The notes: generated by a model not told the origin, from the sequence alone. 64,000 nucleotides of DNA from Collinsella sp. (GCA_036302865.1 JAXJBU010000022.1:4098-68097), one strand, 5' to 3'; shown: positions 38,483-48,767, counted from the first letter of the stretch. Made by a program: numbers and translations.

Positions 38483-40243
38483 GTGGCCGACCAGGACATC
38501 AAGATGCTCATCGAGCGCATCATGGCCGAGGCCCGGACCCATCAGTCCGCCCGCTTCTCAAACGAAACCTACGCAGACGAGCCGATTCTCAAAACCGGCC
38601 GACAGATGCAGAATTTCCTCCCCGACCAGTACCGTAAAATGCGCGAGATATCGCGCTGGCAGGATGACCCCAAGGGCGGTGCGGGCCGCTGGCTTTCGGA
38701 AGCCGAGCTTTTTTACCGCCAGGGCCTGCTGATGGCCGACTTTGAGGACGACTGTCCCTACAACGGCACCTTTAAGTCGTACTTTCCCACCTACAACGCC
38801 ATGAGCGACCGGCAGCTGCGCGGCTACTTTACCTGGCGTGCCCAAGTGCGCCGCGGAACCGTCGAGGAAACGTCTACGTCCTTTGCCTTTCTGTATCTCT
38901 ATGAGCTGATCTGCGGCATTGGCGTAGATGATCCACTCGATGGTTTTAACAAGATCAGGGCTTTTTGGGATGTCTATCGCGCCTTCGAGCCCGGCATCGA
39001 CCGGTTTGCGCGCGTGTGGCTGCAAGATTACGCCGTGTTCCACGGGCTCGACCCCAAGCTGCTTCGCGACTCTAAAACCGTCATGTTCGATAACGCCCTT
39101 ATCGAACTGCGGCGTGCGGTTCGAGACCTTGCGCCTGCACCGGAGCCGTCCGGGCAGGCCCCCAAACGTCGTAAATCCTCTGAGCCGATCCTCCCCCTTC
39201 CGCCCGACGAGGCGCGCGAGGAGCGACTCATGGCCGCTATCAACGCCCTCTCCACGTATAACCTCAATAACTCAAGACTCGATCGCAGCCACCATCGCGA
39301 CCTGCGCCACGTGGCATGCGCCGTGTATGTCCGTATGGCACGTTACTATGACACGCACCGAAAGACCGGTATCGTGGCGAGCTTGTTTGGGGAGGAGACG
39401 GCCATGCCCTATACCATGTTTGCCTCGGCCGTGTTCTTTGCGCCCAATCGCCACGAGGACTGCGAATACCGTCTGGACCCCATCCATATTTACCGTTGTC
39501 AAAACGGCTTTTGGGAATGCATGCGCATCCACGGCAGCAGACAAAAAAGCAGCAAGCTCGGTGAGATGATGCGCGCTTGTGATCAGCGTCTGCGCTTGGC
39601 ACTGGATCCCGGCCATCCCCTTAAGGAAGAGAAGGTCCCCAAATATCTGGCTAAGATTATCGATGACGAAATCGTGGCATGGCTTTCATGGGATGCCGCA
39701 CATCAGCCCGTCAAGATCGATATCGACCTGAGCCAGCTGGGGCATATCCGGAGTGCCGCCGCGCAAACGCGTGAAGCGCTTTTGATCGATGAAGAGCGCG
39801 AGGACGGCGCACCTGTGGGAGCCGAGACAGCGAACTCAGGGCAACCGGAAGCCGAGCCCGTAGCCGACGCGATTGTCGAGGCGGTCGCGGCACCCATTCG
39901 GCAGGACGAGACCGACGAGCCAACCATATCCACCGAGCAGTTTGGTGTCGTGGCACCGCTTCTCGCGCCGACGCCCGCGTTCGCAGCTGTTGCGCCCGCT
40001 GACGCCACGAACGAACTCACGCCCGCCGCAGACGCCTATCTCCGCGCGCTGCTCGAGCACAACGCAGTACAGGCGGAATCGGCGGTAGTGCAATCGGGAC
40101 AGAGCGAGGACATGCTCGTCGACAGCATCAACGAGGCGCTCTTTGACCTGGTGGGAGACACCGTTATCGAATTCGGCGCGGCAGGGCCGCAGATTATCGA
40201 GGACTACGAAGCAGACGTGAGAGGATACCTAGACCATGAGTGA
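38483..40243 (+). CDS. sngA: TerB_N/TerB_C domain protein (Shango SngA-like)
   Basis: YFPTYxxMSxxQLRGYFTWR and FAFLYLYEL (TerB_N); C-terminal IDIDLSQL...SINEALFDLVGDTVIE (TerB_C); operon context. Confidence 0.75.
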   Translation: MADQDIKMLIERIMAEARTHQSARFSNETYADEPILKTGRQMQNFLPDQYRKMREISRWQDDPKGGAGRWLSEAELFYRQGLLMADFEDDCPYNGTFKSYFPTYNAMSDRQLRGYFTWRAQVRRGTVEETSTSFAFLYLYELICGIGVDDPLDGFNKIRAFWDVYRAFEPGIDRFARVWLQDYAVFHGLDPKLLRDSKTVMFDNALIELRRAVRDLAPAPEPSGQAPKRRKSSEPILPLPPDEAREERLMAAINALSTYNLNNSRLDRSHHRDLRHVACAVYVRMARYYDTHRKTGIVASLFGEETAMPYTMFASAVFFAPNRHEDCEYRLDPIHIYRCQNGFWECMRIHGSRQKSSKLGEMMRACDQRLRLALDPGHPLKEEKVPKYLAKIIDDEIVAWLSWDAAHQPVKIDIDLSQLGHIRSAAAQTREALLIDEEREDGAPVGAETANSGQPEAEPVADAIVEAVAAPIRQDETDEPTISTEQFGVVAPLLAPTPAFAAVAPADATNELTPAADAYLRALLEHNAVQAESAVVQSGQSEDMLVDSINEALFDLVGDTVIEFGAAGPQIIEDYEADVRGYLDHE

Positions 40244-41540
40244 TACCACATCCGCAGCGCCCCGCGTACCCAAACGCGTCGCCGCCGTCATTCTCAACTC
40301 ACTCAAGGGCGGCGTGGTCCCACGCATCGGCCTTCCCTACATCACCGTAGGGCGCGAGGTCGAGATCCGCGCCCTGCTCACCGATTTAAGTCTCATCGCC
40401 GACGGTGGCGCGAGTTTCCGGTTTCTGGTCGGTCGCTACGGCGCAGGCAAGAGCTTTTTGCTCCAGACCATCCGCACGCACGCCATGGGTGAGGGATTCG
40501 TCGTCGCTGATGCCGACCTATCCCCTGAGCGCCGCCTGCAGGGCGGTCAAGGACAGGGCCTTGCCACCTACCGCGAGCTCATCCGCAATATCTCGACCAA
40601 GACGCGCCCCGAGGGCGGTGCGCTCAACCTTATTTTGGATCGCTGGGTCGCCTCGTGTGCCGACGTCGACGAGTCGGTCGTCAATGCCCAACTGGCCCCG
40701 CTCGAGGAGATGGTCCACGGCTTCGACTTCACCCGCATGCTCCGCCGCTATCGCATGGCCGTATCCGAGGGCGATGAAGAGGCTATGAGCCGCGTGACCA
40801 AATGGATTCGCGGCGAGTACCGCACCAAGAGCGAGGCACGCGCTGAGCTGGGCTCCTCGACCATCATCAGCGATGACGACTGGTACGACTACGTTAAGCT
40901 CATTGCACGCTTTTTGGTCTGCAGCGGATACAAGGGCATGCTGGTGCTCATCGACGAACTCGTGAATCTGTACAAGATTCCCAACGCGATCACGCGCCAA
41001 TACAACTACGAGAAGATCCTGACTATGTACAACGACACGCTCCAGGGCAAGGCGCAGTACCTGGGCATGATCATGGGCGGCACGCCAACCTCCATCGAAG
41101 ACCGCCGCCGCGGCGTGTTCTCCTACGAAGCTCTGCGCAGCCGACTCGCTCAGGGTCGCTTTGCACGAGATGATCTCAAAGACATGCTCGCGCCCATCAT
41201 CCGCCTGCAGCCGCTCACCTACGAGGAGCTGCTGGTGCTCATCGAAAAGCTCATGCAGATCCATGCCGGCTACTTTGGCTGGACGCCCACGCTTACCGAG
41301 AACGACTTGGTGAACTTTCTCAAGATTGAGTTTGGCCGCGTGGGAGCCGATACGCACCTGACGCCCCGTGAGGTCATTCGTGACTTTATCGAGCTGCTCG
41401 ATATCCTGTGTCAGAACCCCGATGCAAATGTGGCCGAGTTGCTGCAAAGCGTCGGCGGCGACGCGCTGGCGCCGGCAGCCGCAACAGGCGACGCCGGCAC
41501 CGCAGGCGGCGACCGCAACTTCGCCGAATTCACCATCTAA
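40236..41540 (+). CDS. sngB: DUF2791/BrxD-like P-loop ATPase (Shango SngB-like)
   Basis: SLKGGVVPRIGL, GRYGAGKS, LIDELVNL, YEALRSRL, TPREVIRDF. Confidence 0.8.
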   Translation: MSDTTSAAPRVPKRVAAVILNSLKGGVVPRIGLPYITVGREVEIRALLTDLSLIADGGASFRFLVGRYGAGKSFLLQTIRTHAMGEGFVVADADLSPERRLQGGQGQGLATYRELIRNISTKTRPEGGALNLILDRWVASCADVDESVVNAQLAPLEEMVHGFDFTRMLRRYRMAVSEGDEEAMSRVTKWIRGEYRTKSEARAELGSSTIISDDDWYDYVKLIARFLVCSGYKGMLVLIDELVNLYKIPNAITRQYNYEKILTMYNDTLQGKAQYLGMIMGGTPTSIEDRRRGVFSYEALRSRLAQGRFARDDLKDMLAPIIRLQPLTYEELLVLIEKLMQIHAGYFGWTPTLTENDLVNFLKIEFGRVGADTHLTPREVIRDFIELLDILCQNPDANVAELLQSVGGDALAPAAATGDAGTAGGDRNFAEFTI

Positions 41541-41573
41541 CCTGCCAAAAAGGGACAGGTTTATTTTGGCTGG
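41541..41573. repeat. REP-like hairpin with GGGACAGG loop
   Basis: cctgccaaaa-agggacaggttta-ttttggctgg. Confidence 0.45.
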
Positions 41574-41656
41574 TTTTATCTGGGCAAACGTCGAGGCAGT
41601 AATGCAGCAAGCCACTGCCCACCGCGTTGAGAGATTCGTTTTTGAAAGGAGGCCCC

Positions 41657-44101
41657 GTGAACGCCTTTGACCGCTACGCCCCGTTTATCCAAGACTTCAT
41701 CTACTCCCACGATTGGGAGAGTCTACGCTCCATCCAGGTTGCAGCAGCTGATGCCATCTTTAACACTCAGGACAATGTGCTCCTGACGGCATCCACGGCT
41801 TCCGGCAAAACCGAGGCAGCCTTCTTTCCCATCCTGACCGAGTTTTGGGAGAACCCGCCCGCGAGCGTTGGCGCCCTCTACATCGGCCCCCTCAAGGCAC
41901 TCATCAATGATCAGTTCGTCCGCCTCAACGACCTGTGCGAAGAGGCCGATATCCCCGTCTGGCACTGGCATGGCGATGTTTCGCAGTCGCACAAGGCTAA
42001 GCTCATCAAAAAACCGAGCGGTATCTTGCAGATTACGCCCGAGTCGCTCGAGGCGCTCCTGATCCATAAGCACATGGCAATCCCTCGTATGTTCTGCGAC
42101 CTGCGCTATGTGGTTATCGACGAGGTTCATTCGCTCATGCGCGGCGACCGCGGCGGTCAGACGCTCTGCCTTATCGAGCGCCTCTCGCGCATGGCGGGCG
42201 TGCAGCCCCGCCGCATCGGCCTTTCTGCCACCATCGGCGACCCCGAGCGCACGGGCGCCTTTCTCTCACAGGGAACAGGACGCGATTGCATCATCCCCCG
42301 CTTTGAGGAACCGCGCCGCGTGTGGCGCATCTCCATGGAGCACTTCTACAACTCGGGTCCCCAGGCACAGCAGCGGGGATTCGAGAGCACGGGTCCACAA
42401 GAAGCCGAGATGCTTGCTTGCGAGCGTATTGAGCCGGCGGCGCCCGCGGCGCTGCCGGCTGGCGCCCAAGACGTGCGCCACAGCGGACAGCTTACACAGG
42501 AGGAACGCCGTCAACGTCGTGAGCGGGCACGGGGCAAGGCCGCTCCCAAAGACCGTCGCACTTCTTCGGCCCCCGAGGGCGAAGTCGATATCCCCCGGGC
42601 CGATGAGCAGGCGCTCCTCAACCCCACCGACACCGCGCCCGAAAACGCCGATCCCGGCATGGGCTATATCTTTGAACACACCCGCGGGCGCAAGTGCCTG
42701 GTCTTTGCCAACTCGCGCGAGGAGGCAGAGGCCGTGTGCTCCATGCTGCGCAGCTACTGCGAGAGCCGGCACGAGCCCGACCGTTTTCTCATCCACCATG
42801 GCAATCTTTCGGCATCGCTGCGCGAAACGGCCGAGGAACTCATGCGCGATGAGGAGCAGGCACAGACAACCGTCACCACCTCCACGCTGGAACTCGGTAT
42901 CGATATCGGCCGTCTGGAACGTGCGTTCCAGATTGACGCGCCGTTTACCGTCAGTTCCTTTTTGCAGCGCATGGGGCGCACGGGCCGCCGCGATCTTCCG
43001 CCCGAGATGTGGTTTGTCATGCGCGAGGAGGAGCCCGAGCCGCGCACGATGATGCCCGAAACGATTCCCTGGAAGCTCCTGCAGGGCATCGCGCTCGTAC
43101 AACTCTATCGCGAGGAAAAGTGGGTCGAGCCGCCCGAGCTCGATCGGCTCCCCTACAGCTTGCTCTACCACCAGACCATGTCGACGCTCGCCAGCACCGG
43201 CGAGCTCACGCCGGCCGAACTTGCCCAGCGCGTACTCACGCTCAGTTACTTCCACCGTGTCTCGGCCGACGACTACCGCGTGCTGCTACGCCACCTCATC
43301 AAGATCGACCATATCCAGGTCACCGAGGGAGGCGGGCTCATCGTGGGCCTCGCGGGCGAGCGCATCATCAACAACTTTAAGTTCTACGCCGTGTTCCAGG
43401 AAAACGAGGAGTTCACCGTTCGCAGCGAGTCGGCCGAGCTGGGCACGATTGTCAACCCGCCACCGCCGGGTGAGCGCATCGCCATCGCGGGCCATTGCTG
43501 GATCGTCGAGGAAGTGGACTGGAAGCGACACACCGTCTTTGCCACGCAGGTCAAGGGCCGTGTGCCGGCCTACTTTGGCGACTGTCCTGGAGACATTAAC
43601 ACGCATGTGCTCGAGCGCATGCGCAAGGCGCTCAACGAGCATGCGGTATACCCATACCTTATGCGCAACGCGCGGGCACGCCTTGCGCAGGCTCGTCATA
43701 CGGCCGAGATTTCGGGCGCGGGAACTAAGCCGCTCATCAACCTGGGCGGTGACACCTGGGTGCTCTTCCCGTGGCTGGGCAGCTATGCCTTCCTGGCGCT
43801 CGAACGCATGCTCAAGATTAAATGCGCCGCAGAGCTGGGCCTCCGTGGGCTCGACCCGTCGCGTCCATACTTTATGCAGTTTAAGATGAAGGCCGACGAG
43901 GAGACGTTCTTTGAGGTGCTCGCTGCCGAGGCCGAGAAGGACTTCGACCCCATCGAGCTCGTCTATCCCGGCGAGGTGCCTTACTTTGACCGCTACGACG
44001 AGTACGTTCCCGAGGAGCTCGTGCGCAAAGGCTTCGCCGAAGGCGTGCTCGACATCGAGGGAATGAAGCAGCGCGTCCTCAGCTGGCGCGACCACGCCTA
44101 A
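41657..44101 (+). CDS. sngC: Lhr-like DEAD/DEAH helicase (Shango SngC-like)
   Basis: TASGKTEAA, PLKALINDQ, ITPESLE, DEVH, LSAT, HHGNLS, TSTLELGIDIG, QRMGRTGRR; GGAGG + GTG start. Confidence 0.82.
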   Translation: MNAFDRYAPFIQDFIYSHDWESLRSIQVAAADAIFNTQDNVLLTASTASGKTEAAFFPILTEFWENPPASVGALYIGPLKALINDQFVRLNDLCEEADIPVWHWHGDVSQSHKAKLIKKPSGILQITPESLEALLIHKHMAIPRMFCDLRYVVIDEVHSLMRGDRGGQTLCLIERLSRMAGVQPRRIGLSATIGDPERTGAFLSQGTGRDCIIPRFEEPRRVWRISMEHFYNSGPQAQQRGFESTGPQEAEMLACERIEPAAPAALPAGAQDVRHSGQLTQEERRQRRERARGKAAPKDRRTSSAPEGEVDIPRADEQALLNPTDTAPENADPGMGYIFEHTRGRKCLVFANSREEAEAVCSMLRSYCESRHEPDRFLIHHGNLSASLRETAEELMRDEEQAQTTVTTSTLELGIDIGRLERAFQIDAPFTVSSFLQRMGRTGRRDLPPEMWFVMREEEPEPRTMMPETIPWKLLQGIALVQLYREEKWVEPPELDRLPYSLLYHQTMSTLASTGELTPAELAQRVLTLSYFHRVSADDYRVLLRHLIKIDHIQVTEGGGLIVGLAGERIINNFKFYAVFQENEEFTVRSESAELGTIVNPPPPGERIAIAGHCWIVEEVDWKRHTVFATQVKGRVPAYFGDCPGDINTHVLERMRKALNEHAVYPYLMRNARARLAQARHTAEISGAGTKPLINLGGDTWVLFPWLGSYAFLALERMLKIKCAAELGLRGLDPSRPYFMQFKMKADEETFFEVLAAEAEKDFDPIELVYPGEVPYFDRYDEYVPEELVRKGFAEGVLDIEGMKQRVLSWRDHA

Positions 44102-44127
44102 GACCAGTCTTTTTGGGACGGGGAGAC

Positions 44128-45006
44128 TTACTTGTCGTGAAGGACGGTGCCGAGAAAGTCAGCGTCGAAGGGCACGGCTTCGGCAAAGGCATAGTCGCCG
44201 TCGCTGGCGATGAGCAGATAATTCTCCTCGCCGCCGAACTCTGCATCGCCACATGGGACCACCCAAGCATGGTCGAACACCTCGAGCGCCGTGGCAGCGC
44301 AATCGCGCAGAAACGTCACATCGCTCCCCTCGTTCGCGCTCACGATATTGGCCACATAGATGCCGCCCGGGTTCAAGCTGCCCCGCACCAGACGTAGCGC
44401 CTCAACGGTTGCCAGCTCGCGCACGGGCTCGGCACCGCCAAAGCAATCGCTCACGACCACGTCGTAGCGGCGATGCCCCACACTCGTCACGCCCAGATAC
44501 GATCGCGCCTCGGCGGTAATCACCCGCAGGCGATCACCAACCGTGCGCTCCAGCTCGTCTAGGTAGAACCAGCGGCGCGCCAGGCGCGTAATCTCTCCGT
44601 CATACTCGATGACGTCCATGCGCAAGCCCTCGTGCGACATCAGAGCGAACTTAGGATAGGCAAACCCGCCGCCGCCCAGCATGAGCATGCGGTCGATACC
44701 ATGCCCGTAAGCATCACGCATTGCGTCTTCGGCCTCGAACACATCGTCAAATGCGCGATAGTACGCAAAGACGAGCTCCGCCCAGCGCTCGCCAACGTAA
44801 CTCGCGCTTTGGTAGACGCCGCCTTGCACCAATACGCGGACTTCGTCGCCGCCCTCATCGTGCACGCGCTTCACACGTGCCAGCCCATTGCGGGTCCTCG
44901 CGACCTGCAGACAGGCAGCGCGAACAGCGACGGCGGCCGCACCAAGTGCCGCGGCTCCCAGGGCAACGCCGGCAACGACACCAGCAGAAACACTCGGCTT
45001 GTTCAT
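44128..45006 (-). CDS. Spermidine-synthase-fold SAM-dependent transferase
   Basis: LMLGGGG, VIEYD, YDVVVSDCF, LNPGG; ATG directly abuts elp3 stop. Confidence 0.75.
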   Translation of the reverse strand: MNKPSVSAGVVAGVALGAAALGAAAVAVRAACLQVARTRNGLARVKRVHDEGGDEVRVLVQGGVYQSASYVGERWAELVFAYYRAFDDVFEAEDAMRDAYGHGIDRMLMLGGGGFAYPKFALMSHEGLRMDVIEYDGEITRLARRWFYLDELERTVGDRLRVITAEARSYLGVTSVGHRRYDVVVSDCFGGAEPVRELATVEALRLVRGSLNPGGIYVANIVSANEGSDVTFLRDCAATALEVFDHAWVVPCGDAEFGGEENYLLIASDGDYAFAEAVPFDADFLGTVLHDK

Positions 45007-46914
45007 CTAGAGCTCCTTTTGCAGATAGAGTCCATGGTCGTAAAAACCCAAATGACGATAGTACTCACGCGTGCCGATCGCGCTGATCACGTTGATGCGC
45101 GCATAGCCCGCGTCCCGCGCCATCTGGCACGCACGCTCCACCAGCGACCGCCCCAGTCCATGATGCTGAGCCGCCTGGCCTTGATCTCCCATGCGCGCCG
45201 CCATGCCGTACACGTGCACCTCGCGAATCATCGCCTCGTCCGGCGCCGTCGGCAACTCGTCCGCATGCGCGGCAACAAACGCGCGATCGGGCAGCGACAG
45301 GCGCAAAAAACCCGCGATTTTGCCCTGCGGCGTCACCCACTGCAAAAAGCGCTCGTGCGTCACCGGCGTCTCGTACGCCACGCCCTCGTCAAGGGTCAGC
45401 CCATCCAGGTCGGCACCCGCCGTGCTGATCTCGCGATAGCGAATCTCGCGCACCGTCGCACCGTCACCCCGAGCAGCCAGGCGGTTCTCGACGAGCTGAC
45501 GCAGGTTGGGCTTCTTGTTGCCCACCATGATGTCATCGGAACTAAAGTCGCGAATCATGCGGCTGATGCGGCAGAACGCCGGCGTCACCACGATGTCATC
45601 GGCCAACACGTCGAGCAGCTCTTCCTCGGTATAGGGGCGCCACTCGCCACGCTCGTAACAGCCCACCAGACGCGAGCCCTCGATGAGCGCGCACGGGTAG
45701 ACCTTGACCTCGTCGGGCATAAAGGCGCCCTCGGTCATAAAGCGCTCGTAGTCACGCTTGTCCCCCTCAGGCGTAGCACCCAACAAGTTGAGCATAAAGT
45801 GCGCGTGGATCTTAAAGCCAAACAGGCGCGCGAGCGAAAACGCCCGCTCGATCTGAGCCACCGAAATGCGGCGCTCGTTGATATCGAGCAGGTGCTGGTC
45901 AAGGCTTTGGATGCCCATCTGTATCTTGGTGCAGCCCAGGCGGCGGATGAGCGTGAGGGCCTGCGGCGTTACAGCATCGGGGCGCGTCTCGATAACGAGC
46001 CCCACCACGCGATGCTTCGCCGTCTCGTTGATGCGCTGCTGACGCTCGAGCTCCTCCATCGTTGCCGTCTGCCACTCGGTGACCTCGCCCCACGGCGTAC
46101 CGGGGCCGTACAGACGACGCACCGCACGGTTATAGCCGCCCACGGCAGCATCCACACGCCCCTGCTCGTCGGCAACGCCGGCAGCAAGCTCGACCTCGTC
46201 TGTCGCAATGCCGGCGGCCCGATAGCGCTCGCGACGCTCTGCTACCGCCGGCGGCAGGGCATCGGCGGGAGCGTCATCGAGCAGGCGCCCGGCCTCAGCA
46301 CGACTGATACCCGGGCGCGCCAGCATGGGATTAGCCGCCACGCCCGCCACCGCATCATCATTGAGCGCACGGAAGAGCTCCGACATAAACCATGCCTGAT
46401 ACCCTTGCGGATAGTCGCTCCAGGTACCGCCGAGCACGATGAGCTCAATTTTGTCGGTCGCATGCCCCATCTGCGAAAGCGCGGTCAAACGAGCACTCAC
46501 CTGCAGATACGGGTCAAAGCAGTTTTGCTCTGCACGGGCACACGCCGGCTCGGCATGTAAATAGCTTTTGGGCATGCGCAGGTCGTTAGGACAAAACAGG
46601 CAATCGCCAGAACAGGGCCACGGCTTGGTGATGACGGTAATGGTTGCCACGCCCGAAGCCGTGCGACGAGGCTTCATACGCAGCACCTGCAGCAGTTGAC
46701 GTTCCAGCTCGGCATCGACATTCCACCCAGCCCAACGAGCCGGCTCCTCACGTTTAACCCGCTGGTAGAACGGCAGCAGACGGCGCTTGGCCAAATCGCG
46801 TTTGTCGGCACCCTCACGGCGCGCCTCGGCATGTATCAGTTTGACGAGCACCTTGTCGTCCACGGTCTCGCCGCGACGCAGAGCCTCGAGTATGTTCAAG
46901 ATAATCTGTTCCAT
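45007..46914 (-). CDS. elp3: Elp3-like tRNA uridine(34) carboxymethyl/acetyltransferase (radical SAM + GNAT)
   Basis: RTASGVA, KPWPCSGDCLFCP, PKSY, KIELIVLGGTW, ETRPD, GIQS, KVYP, RxSRxIRD, IRYRE, GFLRL, IREVHVYG, QHHGLG, VISAIGTREYY. Confidence 0.9.
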   Translation of the reverse strand: MEQIILNILEALRRGETVDDKVLVKLIHAEARREGADKRDLAKRRLLPFYQRVKREEPARWAGWNVDAELERQLLQVLRMKPRRTASGVATITVITKPWPCSGDCLFCPNDLRMPKSYLHAEPACARAEQNCFDPYLQVSARLTALSQMGHATDKIELIVLGGTWSDYPQGYQAWFMSELFRALNDDAVAGVAANPMLARPGISRAEAGRLLDDAPADALPPAVAERRERYRAAGIATDEVELAAGVADEQGRVDAAVGGYNRAVRRLYGPGTPWGEVTEWQTATMEELERQQRINETAKHRVVGLVIETRPDAVTPQALTLIRRLGCTKIQMGIQSLDQHLLDINERRISVAQIERAFSLARLFGFKIHAHFMLNLLGATPEGDKRDYERFMTEGAFMPDEVKVYPCALIEGSRLVGCYERGEWRPYTEEELLDVLADDIVVTPAFCRISRMIRDFSSDDIMVGNKKPNLRQLVENRLAARGDGATVREIRYREISTAGADLDGLTLDEGVAYETPVTHERFLQWVTPQGKIAGFLRLSLPDRAFVAAHADELPTAPDEAMIREVHVYGMAARMGDQGQAAQHHGLGRSLVERACQMARDAGYARINVISAIGTREYYRHLGFYDHGLYLQKEL

Positions 46915-47010
46915 GCCCCCATTGTAAAGGCAAAGGCACCGGAGCCGATCTCGGCTTCGGCGCCTTCATCAAACAGCGCGTCTATATCTTCGCCTAGGCT
47001 TTCGTCTGCC

Positions 47011-47913
47011 TCAATACTCCGAATCAAACGACATGTCGCCCGAACCGACCTCAAAACGATACGTGGCAGACTTGTCACCGTTATCGAATTCAAGATTCAA
47101 AATGGTCTCGCCGTCGTAGCCAAGCGGAAGGAAATCGCTCTCGAAGTCGCCGCTGCCCAAGGTGAGGCTCGCCTTAAAGCCCGTCGAGTTCGGAACCGTC
47201 ATCTCCACATCGCCCGAGCCCACACTCACGTCCATCGACTTCGTGGGGGCCGGGTAAAGCTCGAACGTCACATCGCCCGAACCGACCTCGGCATTCAGGG
47301 TATCGGTCACGGTGCCCGTAAACTCAACGTCTCCCGAGTCCAGAGTCAGGTTGAGGTCATGACACGCAATGCCCGCGACCGTCAGATCACCCGATCCTAC
47401 ATTCGCTGTAATGCCCACCATGTTATCGGCAACTTTGCGCGGCAGTTCGACGGTAACCGTGCGGTCAATGGCGCGCTCGTCATCGCAATCGAACTGGCGA
47501 AGCTTGAGCGTAGAACCCTTAACCTCGGCCAGATTCTGGGTTGCCGCATCGTAAGCAGCTACTCCTTTTGCGACGCGGCCACTCTCGATGACACGTACCG
47601 GCCCGTCGGAAACGCATTTGATCTCAACCGTACCCGACGTCACATCCAAGTCAAGGGATGTGAACGCGTCGGCATCAAACGTTTCCTTCGAAAGCTGTTG
47701 AGGCCGAGCGGAATAGTTACCGCTATTCAAGGAATCGTCCTCGTCAAACGCATCGCCCATACCAGACAAGCCGGATACAACATCGTCGAAATCCCACGGT
47801 CCATCAAAATGAATCAAAGTCCACGAAGTGCCGAAGACAAGTCCGATGATAAGCACAAACGCTCCGATGCCGACACCCAAGCGCCTCTTAGACTCATGCG
47901 AGAGCTTCATCAT
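47011..47913 (-). CDS. DUF4097 family beta-strand repeat (adhesin-like) protein
   Basis: N-terminal TM; repeated (V/L)GSGD(V/L) units. Confidence 0.8.
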   Translation of the reverse strand: MMKLSHESKRRLGVGIGAFVLIIGLVFGTSWTLIHFDGPWDFDDVVSGLSGMGDAFDEDDSLNSGNYSARPQQLSKETFDADAFTSLDLDVTSGTVEIKCVSDGPVRVIESGRVAKGVAAYDAATQNLAEVKGSTLKLRQFDCDDERAIDRTVTVELPRKVADNMVGITANVGSGDLTVAGIACHDLNLTLDSGDVEFTGTVTDTLNAEVGSGDVTFELYPAPTKSMDVSVGSGDVEMTVPNSTGFKASLTLGSGDFESDFLPLGYDGETILNLEFDNGDKSATYRFEVGSGDMSFDSEY

Positions 47914-48632
47914 TCACCACCTTCTTTGGCACTCGGCTCAGCGGTGGCCCCGGCAGCCATGTCAGCGTCAACCGCAGTGGAAACGTCCTCCCCCTTAGTC
48001 CTAGCGACCGCCGGCGCCGGACCAACCTGGATATCCCCGCGCGCCCAATCGCCATCGAGCGCACGCGCCACCCAGTGATAGATGGGGATCGTAAAGAAGA
48101 TCAGCGCGGCAAAGGGGCCGGCACCAAACAGGAACATCAGCAAAAAGAACAGCAGCCAGCACACAGCCCAATACGGGAACGACTGAAACGGACCCTTCAC
48201 CGGAGTCACGCTGGTCGCACCGGCACCCGTCACCTGAGCCGTCGCCGCATTAGCTGCCTGCGCGCTCCAACTTGCCGCTTGCGCCGCCTTGGCAGCCGCA
48301 TCACTCGCCTGCGTTGCCGCCTCGGTAGCTCGTGCCGCCGCCTCATGAGTGCGGGCACGCTCCGCCGCCTCGGCCTCGCGCTGACGGGCGCGGTCCTCGT
48401 TCTCAAACTCGATATCGTCCTCGATCTCATCGCTCGGATTGAGGAGCTCGTCCAAACTCACGCCATAGAGTTTTGCGAGCGAGATCAGGTTCTCGGTATC
48501 GGGCGAGCTCTCCGCACGCTCCCATTTACTGACCGCCTGGCGCGACAGCCCCAGCTTTCGCGCCAGCCCTTCTTGGCTAAAACCCTTGCTGCGACGAAGG
48601 TCGGCGAGCCGCTGCGCAGTTTCTACATTCAT
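47910..48632 (-). CDS. XRE-family HTH regulator with C-terminal TM segments
   Basis: LRRSKGFSQEGLA..SRQAVSKWE..PD..GVSLDELL; two TMs. Confidence 0.88.
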   Translation of the reverse strand: MNVETAQRLADLRRSKGFSQEGLARKLGLSRQAVSKWERAESSPDTENLISLAKLYGVSLDELLNPSDEIEDDIEFENEDRARQREAEAAERARTHEAAARATEAATQASDAAAKAAQAASWSAQAANAATAQVTGAGATSVTPVKGPFQSFPYWAVCWLLFFLLMFLFGAGPFAALIFFTIPIYHWVARALDGDWARGDIQVGPAPAVARTKGEDVSTAVDADMAAGATAEPSAKEGGE

Positions 48633-48754
48633 GGTTCCTCCTATGTGATGCCAGCCGTGCCGCCGGACCGTTTTTGTTCTTAAGGCGCCTTGCACAGTTA
48701 AAAATCTATCCGCCACCGCCAAAAGCATGCCACCTATTCTAGTGAGATTTTTGA

Positions 48755-48767
48755 CAACCGGCGGTTG
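48755..48767. promoter_or_regulatory. Palindrome upstream of XRE gene, candidate operator
   Basis: CAACCG-G-CGGTTG in the divergent intergenic region. Confidence 0.4.

Noticed and set aside
40236..41540. BREX system (BrxD-like ATPase)
   Set aside because: No pglX, pglZ or brxC nearby; the TerB and Lhr neighbours fit Shango better.
47030..47420. Repeated GSGD-encoding DNA units as a possible array
   Set aside because: They are degenerate protein-level beta repeats of the DUF4097 domain, not a DNA repeat array.
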